Shown here: positions 1 to 12,300 of the stretch, in pieces | Layout of the letters: each line of letters begins with the position of its first letter | Position numbering within the stretch: position 1 is the first letter of the stretch | Source of the DNA: Azolla caroliniana | Taxonomy: Eukaryota > Plantae > Polypodiophyta | Direction of reading: 5' to 3' | DNA: 64,000 nucleotides | NCBI GenBank assembly: GCA_043228905.1 | Contig: JBHGNT010000013.1 | Location: 16,988,001-17,052,000 of the forward strand | Program-made: the position numbers and the translations under genes | The notes under the pieces: generated by a model | Databases searched by the model: none | What the model saw: only the letters and a program-made list of their open reading frames with translations | Told to the model about the DNA's origin: nothing

Positions 1-1334
1 ATTCGCCTCTGTTTCTGCATTTCTCTTTTTCTTTTCTTTTCTTTTTTCTGTGAGATCTCAATCGTTCATCAGCTTTCTTTCTGCGTTTTTTTTGTTAGTT
101 TCTTGATTTGGGTTCTTTTTTGTCACAAAAAACCTGCAATTGCTTAACTCTGGTTTTCAGCGATTCTGTTTATTTCTTGATTTTTGGGTTTTCTATTTTT
201 TTATTTATTACTTTCTCCATATCTCAATCTACCATCGCTTTATTTCAGAGATTGATGTTGGTTTTTATTAGTTTCAATGGTGTTAGAGGCTTTTATTTAG
301 CCAAAAGTATGCTTGATCATTCTCAAAAGCATATATTTATATGCTTGCTACTATATATTTGAATTTCTTATCTTGTAGCAACATCCTTGACCATATACCC
401 CTTAATATAAAGTGGATGAGGATAGATGGGAATATTTTTTTGCTTGTTCATAGTTATTTTGCTCGTGCACAATAAATGGCAATGCACATTGCTTATATTT
501 CTGCATGTAACATGTTCTGAAAATGGAATCGATTTAATTATGAACTTTAGGGCCTACTTGTCTCGATCTATGAGATCAATTGCTAATGGTGAGAAATAGC
601 CAAACGTTTTTCTATGTAGCGGTGAAATCATTTCTCCACTACATTAATTTGAGTGCTACATAGAAATACGAAAAGGTTTACACAATTTTGCAGTTCTTAT
701 ACACTGTCCGATATTCTTGCTTTGGTAGTTCTTGTGAACTGGTGATACACATGGTTTGTCGCAATGGAAAGATCGGATGCATCTGACATGTTGGAATCAG
801 GCATGGAGAATATAGATCATCTTGTAAGGGATGGGATGCATTTGATATGATATAGGACACAATAACTTGGGATGCACTATGATTCATGTTATTCCTTATA
901 GCACTATCTGTCTGGTTAGCCTGGTTCTTTATTTACATACTAGATTGCATTTTGGTTTTTGTTGATGATCAACTCAATTAGCTATTCTTTTTGTATGGAT
1001 GACATATCACTTATCACTATGGTTGTAACATTTTGTGGGTCTCAAAGGTCATTTTGGTTTCTATAGAAATGTAAATATCGTTTTTTCTCTTTGAAGTTTC
1101 AAAAGTTAATTACACAAATATCTTTCCCAAACTTTAATTATTTAGTTTGTGGCATTAACATTGATTTGTATTTGTGTGTAGCATGGATGCCGCATATTTT
1201 TGTATCTAACTGGATACAAAATCAGCTCAGCACACGTATACCCATCCGGTTGCAAATTTTGATTAACAAATGCTTTGAAGAACTAAATCCATTCAATTTA
1301 TATGAAATATCAAGCTTTCAATAAAAGATAAAGC

Positions 1335-4185
1335 ATGGCTGGCCCCAACACTCCAAGAAATATCACAGAAAATTCAAAGACTACAACCATATGTTCTGCA
1401 GAGGCTGTACATAAGGTATCCATTCATCTCAGTAGCACTCTAACCTTGGAAAGTATCAATGAGCCCACAATAGGTGGATTCCCTCCAAGCAGTCATGATA
1501 CCAGCAGCATCAATTCAAAGAAATTTGTTCATCCCAGTGCAGATGATGGAAAATATGGTACAAATGATGTGAAAACCAGCAATAAAGCTAATTTGGCAGC
1601 AGCAGACGGTACAAAAACTAGCTGTAGTCGGGTAAGTGTCAGTAGTTCAGCAAGCGATGGGAGTGTAAACAGCAGTATTGTGGGAGGCCCTAGTAAACCC
1701 CACAAGGCTAATGATGTCAGGTGGGATGCTATTCAAGCAATATGTTTACGTGATGGCAATCTTGGGTTGAGCCACTTTAGGCTACTCAAGAGGCTTGGAT
1801 GCGGTGATATTGGTAGTGTTTATCTTTCGGAGTTGAACACCACCAACTACCTCTTTGCCATGAAGGTCATGGATAAATGCTCCCTGGCAAATCGGAAAAA
1901 ACTTGTAAGAGCTCAAACAGAGAAGGAAATCTTGGCATGTTTAGATCATCCATTTTTACCGACTTTATATGCCCATTTTGAAACCGAGAAATTTTCTTGC
2001 CTTATAATGGAGTTTTGTCCTGGTGGAGATTTGCATACTCTTAGGCAACAGCAAGCAGGGAAGCATTTTCCCGAGCTAGCTGCACGGTATTCTCTTTTTT
2101 GAACTCAAGGTTTTTCGTTTTATTCTGTTTTGATGTATGTGAAGTATTTATTGAACCTTGGATATGTTGCATGTTTTATGGATATTTTTTATTTTAGCAC
2201 ATATTATCTCTCATGCAGGAACCTATCTATGTCAATATTATGTCTGACCCGTGGAACATTGAGTTCTTCCCATATGTTTCCTGAAAATGGGAAACTACCA
2301 CCACAATCCTGTTTCTTATAAACTAGTTCTATGTACACTGTAAGTTATGATTCTGAGTCGTTCATGATTACAATGCCAAAGCCAATACAGTACGTTAGTG
2401 ACCATGCGGATTAGACTAAATATGCTAGTTTTTATATGCTAGTACTTACTCGGGAGTTGAGCTTCCTGAGAGGGGTGATGTTTTCTTTAAATATGGCTCT
2501 CTTCTTTAATTTTAGGGAGTTTATACAATGGCACTATATGCTCACTGAATGGTTCCTTGTGTATTACTAGTTTTCAGGCCATTATAGGCGTTTATAATCA
2601 TCATTAGTTTTTGGGGTACATCTCATAACTGTTGGCACGTTATTTGTGACATGTCATTATAAAATTGTCACTATCATCAACACCTGTTTCATTAAAAAGC
2701 ATGGATGGGATTGTGCCACACTATATGTAACTTCATCACCTTAAGTAAAGTAAACTTTTACTTTGTTCTCGTGATATCAAAGTATCTATTGATTTTATCC
2801 ATTAACCCATAGAAGAGCCCATAGGGTTGGTACTTGATTCAGCTATGGCGTAAGTACATCTACATTGCATGTAGCATTAGAGAATAGAAATTCCAGATCT
2901 CTCCCAGAATTGAGAGATGAGATTAGAGAGATTATATAAACATGTCTAGATAGCAAATCTGATGATGTAACATAGCTAAGTGGAAACACAATATCATATT
3001 GATGATGGAAATATTTGAACATTCTTATGCCACTTTCTTTTATTGCCTGCTTTTCTTTGAACATGTACATTTTTAATATTCTCTTTTGTAAAAGAATTGT
3101 GTCATTGATCTTCACTGATTATCAATTATGTGAAATCAATGAGAATTTAGAACACCACGCATTCTAAAATGAGATATAAACAAGAAACAGTCACTCCTGG
3201 TATTTTATTCGTAGAAAAACATACACTGTTTATTAATCTTGCGTATGCAGTATCTTAATGGAAGTTCGCTTGTGATGGTTGCAGGTTTTATGCAGCTGAG
3301 GTCTTGATGGGTTTGGAATACCTTCATATGCTGGGGATCATTTATAGAGATTTGAAGCCAGAGAACGTGCTGGTTAGGCATGATGGACATATCATGCTCT
3401 CAGACTTCGATCTGTCCTTAAGGTGTATGGTTAGCCCAACTTTAGTGAAGTCTTCATTGCAGGAGAACAGTACATCAATAGCATATTGCATACAACCTTC
3501 TTGTGTGGAACCCTCTTGCATACAACCAGCTTGTGTACAACCATCATGCTTTGCACCAAAGTTTTTCGGATCCATGTCAAAGTCCAAGAAGAGCAGTAAG
3601 TTAAAGAATGAAGTGGGAAATCAAGTTATGCCGTTGCCTGAGCTCATTGCTGAACCAACTGGTGCAAAATCCATGTCCTTTGTCGGTACTCATGAGTATC
3701 TTGCCCCAGAAATTATAAAAGGTGAAGGGCATGGGAGTGCTGTTGATTGGTGGACATTTGGCATTTTTCTCTATGAGCTATTGTTTGGAAAGACCCCTTT
3801 TAAAGGACCAGGGAACAGAGCCACACTATTTAATGTGGTCGGACAACCTCTCAGATTCCCGGAAATACCCTCTGTAAGCTTTGGTGCAAGGGATCTTATC
3901 CGTGGCTTGCTCGCGAAGGAACCACAACATAGGCTAGGATCTAAAAGAGGTGCCACTGAAATCAAACAGCATCCTTTCTTTGAAGGTGTAAATTGGGCAC
4001 TAATCCGATGCACCACTCCACCCGAGATTCCAAAACCCTCGAAAATATCTGAGCCATTACACAAAGCAGCTCCAAGTGGTACTTCTAGCATGGTTGGACA
4101 ATATGTCCACAATGATAAGAAACCCGGGGGTCCAGGCTCTAGTTCTGGTGCAGATGGAAAATACTTAGAATTTGAATTCTTCTAA
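1335..4185 (+). CDS. AGCVIII (AGC1) Ser/Thr kinase, D6PK-like; exons 1335-2086 and 3285-4185
   Basis: [44 protein letters not shown] (in place of DFG), T-loop insertion with repeated CxxP motifs and a K-rich patch, [15 protein letters not shown]-terminal FEFF (PIF motif). The GT..AG intron 2087-3284 joins in frame as AAR|FYAAEVL. Confidence 0.95.
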
Positions 4186-4848
4186 TTTTGAACTTTACTC
4201 GCAAAACATTTCGAAGGACGCCATGCTCTTATTGAATTAGTGAAAATACTATTATTTGTACCATAGAGGGAAATTATTCAAGTAAGAGAGATCTACTAAT
4301 TTCTGTGAAGGAAGATGAAATTTTACAAATGATCTTGAGTGGGTGAAAGTGTTTGTTTTCAGTGGTATGGGTAAATGAAATTGTCTACATTTGAGAGCTG
4401 GAGATAATTAGCACCTACATGAAAATTTTACCTTTATGCATGCTAAGGAAGAGAACTAAGCCATCATATATTGATCTGTAGATTACTCCACGAAATAATG
4501 ACTGTGTAAGACAGTTACTCTTACTTTGTAAGTTCAAGTAATGGTGGCCTAATAACTAAATTCATAACAAATTAATACGCATCATCATAACAGTCAACTA
4601 CAACTAATTTCATTTTGAAGTTCAATTGTATATATCAATGCTAAAGAGGTTGAGTATTACATGCATATTTAAGTTGCAATGCTTATATCAATGCTAAAGA
4701 GCTTGATTAGTATGCATATTCATAACAAATTAGTATGCGTCGTAAGCTACATGGTAAAACACAAGTGATATAATTGTGCTCAAGTTGTAAGCTACCAACA
4801 CATAGGAAAATATTAAGTTGGACGATACCATCACATGGTCAATTATAA

Positions 4849-5093
4849 GTGGTGTTGTTGGCATCAACTCATAAGCTATCATCCCATTTCTTAATCTCAT
4901 TTTGAGAACTATTCTCCGATAGTACCTTAGAGCTCTTTTGTCTTAGTAACATATTTGGAAGATGATAGCATGTGGTGTTGCTGACATCAAGTCATAAACT
5001 ATCGTCCCATTTCTTAAGCTTCATTTTGGGGATTGTTCTTAGGTAGTACCTAAGAGCTCATTGTGTTAGTAACATACACGGAAGATGATGGCG
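4849..5093. repeat. Two diverged tandem copies (~122 bp) in the kinase/helicase intergenic region
   Basis: GTGGTGTTG..CATCAA.TCATAA.CTATC.TCCCATTTCTTAA...GTACC..AGAGCTC..TGT.TTAGTAACATA...GGAAGATGAT occurs at ~4849 and ~4972. Confidence 0.85.
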
Positions 5094-5231
5094 TGGATAT
5101 TAACATTTAACATCTGAATATTAACCATGCTAACCCTATCAATTATATAACCATGGTATCTAGACTAAGAATGCAAAGATGTGCTATTGTTTGGGTCTGT
5201 TCTCAAGAAGTATCTAAGAGCTCATTGTCTC

Positions 5232-5522
5232 TAGCAATCAGCAACAGTTCCGTTTGAACCAAACAATTGATAATTTTCTGAAATATTTTTTTGAACATTT
5301 TAAGCCTAATTTTGATGTCTTTTAATGTTTAAAATTAAAATGTAAAATTTTGAATTTTGACCTAACTTGAAAACCAAAACCAAAACCAAACCGTGAAACC
5401 ACAGTTTTAATGGTTTAAAGGTTTGAAAGTCTCTAAAATGGTTTGGTTTAAGCTTGAATATTTTGTAACAATAAGTTTTAAACTGTTGGAGTTAGACACT
5501 CTCGAACAGTTGCCAATTGTTA
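5232..5522. mobile_element. Non-autonomous hAT-type MITE (291 bp)
   Basis: Perfect 8-bp direct repeat ATTGTCTC at 5224-5231 and 5523-5530. Imperfect TIRs TAGCAATCAGCAACAGTTC vs TAACAATTGGCAACTGTTC (15/19). Internal AAACC/GGTTT motifs. Confidence 0.8.
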
Positions 5523-6338
5523 ATTGTCTCAATAAACATGTTTGGAAAACAGCATGATTATTAACATCTGAGCTTGCTTACTCCCAACAATGAACCCATA
5601 TCAAACAAAAAAGGGTCCTAAAACCACCATGGTATCTACACTATGAATGCAAGGAATGTAAAGATTGATTACTATCTTAACTTCAAGGCTTCATAGGCTT
5701 CACGGACACTTCACAGATACCTTCAATGAGAAACCATTCTTCCATAACCTGATTGGGAAAAGGTATTTACTGTGGGGTATGTCAATTAGGAGATGACAAG
5801 CTAGATATCATCACATTCATGGTAGAAAACTTAATTCCATGGGAAGGAACTAGAACACAACAGAGCAGAAAGAAGTGACTATGATCTATGGTATTAAAAA
5901 ATTCTGGCATTACCTACTCGCTTGCCGTTTCCTGTTTCATGTATATCACCAAACCTTGCAATGCTTTGAGAACAAGACTTGTTCAGCGGGGAAAATCTCT
6001 CAATGGATCATTATCCACAGTAACCAAATATTCGATCATAAACCAATACTTAAACTGACGTAAAATCTTGGTATAATTATGTAAAGGGAGCAAGACCACA
6101 TATCATTGCACAAGCAAACATTGATTTCGTTACATGCCAATGCAGTGTAAACAAATTATTACACATCAAAATTGTTGGCATGTTGGGAATATAATATAGC
6201 TTGACTGGGGGGCAAACTAGACCTGCAAGCTAGTTCTTACACATCATAACCAAAATTCCTGAAGGTGATCAATAGTATGAATATGCATATGCACCTTTCA
6301 TCACTGGGATATGCTTATCCAGTATAACACATACAGTT

Positions 6339-9300
6339 TCATGCAATAGTGCATAACATTTCATCACAGCTGGCCTCTAAAAGAGCAATGACCACTCGAA
6401 TCAGTTGGCGCTCTGCATCCGTGTGAGAAACACCACATACCCATCTACCCAATACTCTATGAAATGCCTCTCGAAGCTGCAGCAATACAGATCCATCCCT
6501 TCGGGGAATCACAAATTTGAGCCACCCATCAGCCTCAAGAAGCATCCAGTCCCGACCAAACTCAGGAGGTGGAGGTTCTGAACTAAGGTTTACTGCCCAT
6601 CCCATAAGAACAAGTGGAAGAGAAGGCAACAAAGTACACCCTCGAGCAAAGATCATGCTCGTCTGGACCTTCTCATGGAAAGCTAAATAGCAGTTTGATT
6701 CAGACTTAAGTTGCTTGTCTGATACCACTGAAGTTGGATGGATGAAAATACGACCATTTCGAACTTTGAAACCCATCTTCCACCTATAAGCATTTTTTGA
6801 TGCACTCTTCGTTCCTCGTAATTCACGGCAAAGTTCTGAACATGCAATATTTGGATACAATCCAGCAACCAAGAGGCACCTAGCAGCGTGCATAGATGCT
6901 TCGGGCCTTAGCCTTATACATTCCTCTTGAATGCCTGCTTCAACTAATGTCCTCTTCAGCTGCTGTCTCATCCCAGCGATAAGCTTCATTGTGGGATGTG
7001 CCAGAAAACTATCTTCACAGAAAATGCTCCCTTCTCCATGACTGCAGGCCACGCACCATTGCTCAAAAGCATTCACCAGAGCTAAATGATCACTACCATA
7101 TAACACCCCAACAGCGAAGCTCTCTCGCATCTTGTCTGCTTCAGCACGTCTGTTCACTGGTGCAACAAAAGGATCCCTAAAGCATGCCGCTGCAGCAATG
7201 GTTAAAAGTGGTTCTAAGCAGCCAATTAAGGCACCATAAACTAGCATCTTCCCAAACCTAGGAGGAACTGTCAGCTTAGACAGTATCATTCCCATAGGTG
7301 TTAAATTTTCATTTAGATCGATAGCACCAAGGTCTTGAAGCAACTTCACTGCAGCATGTACAGCATGTATCTTGGGAGGCTGCAATGCTTTTGAAAGAAA
7401 TGTAGCAATATCTGAATTCTGTGATTGGCAATCAGCAAGAGCAGTCTCTGCAGCCTATACATTCACAAGTTTGCAGTTTACATTCAGTGTAAATTTACCT
7501 TTTTAGGTGATGAAAATATTTTCATATATCAATAACATACCGCAGTCGGAGTTACAATTGCTTTTATCTGGAGGCAGAGATCATCAAGAGGCACACGCTG
7601 CATTTCCGGCACTTGATGCACCAGCATTGACGCGAATACCTAGAACAGATCTTTCCATTCCCATTCAAAACTCATAATCCTAAACATTAATGACTCCATC
7701 TTTTAAATTGAAGTTTTTACCCAAAAGCAAAGAGAGCAACAGATAGAAACATGATTAATAGATTTTTAAGCATGTATATTTTTAACCATATATTGTAAGA
7801 AATGCAAGGTAAAGCATGTGGAATAGTCCGTTAATCTGGCTGTTGTGCCACTTCATAAAACATGTAAGATTCTTGTTTTAGTCACAGCAATTAATTTGTA
7901 GGAAGAAAACCAATAGTAGGTACTTTAAGTGTGCAATATATTTTTAGCTGGCTTTATTTCAAAGAGCCAAGAACAAAGACAACTACAAACATGGCCAAAA
8001 TCAGAACTTGATGACATTCAGACTTTCATCAATCATGGAAATCGGAAGCCTAAACGAGGCAGATTTTATTTGGAAAAGCTTCAGATCAATACACACCTCT
8101 CTTGTGTACAATCGGAAGCAGAAACCAGCCCTCACCCGCCCAGCCCTTCCTTGCCTCTGTCGTGCACTTGCTTGAGAAGTCCACTGCATACAAATTATTT
8201 GTATTATGAAGGACCATAAATGCTTCAATAAAAAACAGGAATGTTGAAACTAACACCTGCACTCGAAGCATGTTCATGTTTCGAGATGGATCAAATTGAT
8301 TTTCTTTTATCTTCCCACTGTCTATAACATAGACCACATCATCAATAGTAACACTTGTTTCAGCAATGTTTGTTGACAAGACAACCTGCTCTACATAATG
8401 GAAAAGATATTGAGAGGCAAGTGTTTCTATAAAACGAGTTTGATCACTTGGAAAGAAACAGGAAGAAGAGTTTGACGGGAGCACAGACCTTGCGTAAACC
8501 TGCAGGCGTTCGTGAAAATACTGCTCTTTGTTCCCCAGCTGGGAGTTGTGAATGAAAAGGGATAATCATCATATACCTACTAGATGGCATCCTTTGCAGC
8601 TTATCCCTTACCATGAGAATATGATCAAGACCCTACATCCCCAAAGATGCCATCAGAGTTATCAAAATAGAGAAAGGACAACAGAATCTTACAAAATTTC
8701 CTCAACTTACAGGTAGAAAGCATAGTACTGCTCCATCTGTCTTTGCAAATATGTCAACAGTGGATGTAATCACGGTTGCAACAAGGTCCACATCCACATC
8801 TTCATCATCTGTAATCCTTGTCTTTGCAAGTCTCGATCTAATAAAGCTAGACCGACCCATTACATTTTCTAAGTCTTCTAGATAATAGACTTCAACTGGG
8901 TGCATCATGCCTGGAATATTGATAGTAGGGCATCTGTTGAAGTAACTGCATACAACATACCTCATCAGGATCAGTCATAAACCAGAACTTTTCCAGTATA
9001 ATTTGGTAAATAAAAGCATTCAGTGGAAACACATGTTTCTAATTCTTATCAAGACATGAAATATGTCAACATAGTTTCATAAGCCACATAAGCACTGCAG
9101 CCTAGTTAGTATTTTTATCCTCAATCTACCTTAATGGCAAGCATGATTTCAAAGGAATTCAGGATAAATCAACACATCTGATTTATCTGTGTATCTTACA
9201 GCATACCAGAGTTAAGTAATGTTCATAATGACATTCTGAGGATTTTTGTAGTGGCCTCCCCTTGGAGAAACATAGTTCACAGAGATTATCAACATTTCCA

Positions 9301-12300
9301 GACCTCTGTGTGTTCACTTACAACAGTGACTAAGGTAGCCATATACATGATGTCTGAATGTAACTACACAGCAAAGACACTTGCAATAAGATTTTGTGGC
9401 TAAGTCCATCCGACATATACCTACAACAGTCGATAGTCTGCAGAATGAATTTAGGTAGGGTTTGTATCAATCCTAGATCAACAGTGAGAAAATATCCCAA
9501 ATTGCAACTCCATTGTATCCATCTGAAGTCACTTTGATGCTATCTTCTTTCTTGCTCAATTGTGAATATCATAAATCTTGCTTCACACTTAGCACACTAA
9601 AAGGTTGTTGAAATTAACGAGACAATTGACAACAAGATTGAAAGTAGAAGCATGATAAGGATTCAAGATGCAAGATTGTCTGAGTAATATTTAAACTTCA
9701 TTTAATCATTGACATCCAGGACATGGAGCATCCCTGCTTATGATAATGCAAACCACAGATACATAAAGAGCTTTAGAAATCGTACAAAACCTTTCTAACA
9801 TTCTAAGAAGTTACAAGAATTATATGGTGCCTGGGACAATATATTTATCCACAGACTCCTGTGAGACCAAGCTCGAAGTATCACCTTATATAGAACAGCA
9901 CACAAAAAGAATGAAAAGCTAAACAATGAGGCAGAATTCTCATGCATCATACCGAGTATATATATCTGAGTCAAGGGTTGCACTCATTATAATCACACGT
10001 AAAGATGTGTTACTCTGAAGTATTTCCCGAACAACAACAAGTAAGCAGTCAGTATACAGGTCTCTTTCATGAACTTCATCAATCACAATATGAGAAATTC
10101 CAGCCACACCATCACTTCTCTGCAAGATGGTACAGTCACACCAACAATCAATTAAAGCTTCAGAGCAAAAGCCATATCAATTTGACTATTACCACCTGAA
10201 GTCTCCTCAATAGGACGCCAGTTGTACAATATAAAATACTGCCACGGGGTCTTGGCAAGGCATTCTCAAGCCTAATGGAGTAACCCACACTCTTTCCAAG
10301 TGGCTCGCCCCTTTCCCATGCAACTCGTTCAGCAACACTGCAAACTGAAAATTCAGGAATAGTACACATTATCCAAACAAAGTGAAAGAATAACTCTATC
10401 AAAGACTCTGACATGTAAATAAAAGTTCAACCAAAAAATTCTTTAACTTCAATACCAAATTGGTTACAATAACCCTAGGCTACAAAAACTTGATCTCAAA
10501 TTTTATGATCTCCAAGTGAGCATGCATTATCCAAAACGTAATAAACTGGCTATCAACCTAATGACATGACAGTGCCACATATTAGATGGTGTTGTTATTA
10601 TTACAACACATTAATGAACAATATTTGGGAAGAGAAGAAATGGATTAACAGCTTGATACAGGTGCATAGAGATCAGTATGAGGGATGCAGCTGATTTATG
10701 GGAATTTACGCATTTCCACTCTGAATGATGTAACATATTTGCATCCTTGGTCCATGAAATGTCGATGAACAAACTGCAAAGTGCACTTCACAACAGCACA
10801 AAAAGTTGGAAATAGCCCTTGTTACTTATATAAAAGATAACATATGAATGACATTAAGAAGCGCAGTCAATTAGTGTGTATCTTAAAAAGTCATGTGATC
10901 ATCTCATAGAACGCTCTCCTCAAGTAATATAGTTATAGTTTGTTCAAGGTCGTAGCCTTATCTTGTTTACAAACCTTTTCTCTTTTGATAATATGGAAAC
11001 ATTTCATGATATTAGACAAGATTTTCAATATTTTCTCAAAACAATGAAATAAATGGACATAAATGTGGCAATGGAGGACCTGATGGCAGCAATCCTTCTT
11101 GGTTGTGTAACAACAATATGAACATCTGCACTAGCCCCGTCCATCTCAAATTCTTCAAGCAAAAATTGTGGAACCTGTAATGAAAATACATAGTTGATAA
11201 ATACTATGGAAATGGCAAGGTGAGAAATCTCATGAGCATGCTTTTTGCACAAAACTCTTACTAACCTGAGTTGTTTTTCCACATCCGGTTTCACCTGTCA
11301 GCACAACTACTTGATTGTTGGCTACCAAATCTACAATTTTCTGTTTCTGTCTCCATGAAGGTAGTGACTTGCGTGCTTTCCATTGATCAGACATATGTGG
11401 AGAAGATAACCTTTGCTTTGCTTCCAAACACCATGCACCATTCTCTGAAGCTAGCTGCTCTTTTCCAACATGATTTAAAGGCATTCTAGATTCTTCCTTC
11501 TGCATGTTGCCCTCTGATTGTTCCTCAAACGGGAAGGACTGTCGAGACATCCTTTGCACAAAATCCATGTCAACATCATCATTCAGCCTTTGAAGAGCAT
11601 CCACCATCATAGAGAGTTCATTCTCTCGAAGTCCTACAATCGCAGGTCGTTCACTCTGTAGAAAGCATCGTCATTTATGAACACAATTACAATTACTCAC
11701 AAATATTATACATAAAATAGAGCACATCCAAAAAGACAGTTATTCACCCTTTCTTTTATTTATCTTTTTATAATTTAAGTACTCGCATTTCTTATCCAGT
11801 ACAAGAGATGGAGTTCTTGCTCCAATTGTGATTATTATAGCCCATTTTCAAGCTTCGTTGATAGTGCCGAATGAACCTCCAACATTCACAGCACATGGAA
11901 TAAACTCCAGAAAGATATATCTGGTTGCCTTTTGAGTCTTCGTCACAGCTTGCTGGATAAAGGAAGCCGCATTTTACTGCTTTTCTAAAGAGCTTTTGAA
12001 CATTTTTGTTATAAATTGGTTTCATACCATTAGAATTGTAGTGATGTAGAGTATCCGTTTTTGGTCCAATACGCTTCCTTCGATGGAATTCCATAGACAT
12101 TATGATTTCTTTTCTTTCTATCTTTTTCTTTTGTCCCAGTGTATCTTAGGAAGCTTCACTAATTCCTTTATATTTATATCTATTTTTGGATTGTAGTTCT
12201 CCAAGATGAGACAACATTCCAGATGTAGTCTCTTATTCAACACACAGTAATGGATTCATCAGATTATTGTGGATAGATTTTTGAAATAGACATACGAAAA

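Noticed and set aside
11792-12100. 102-aa ORF inside helicase intron 4
   Set aside because: No recognisable domain and not needed for the helicase frame; possibly decayed TE sequence.
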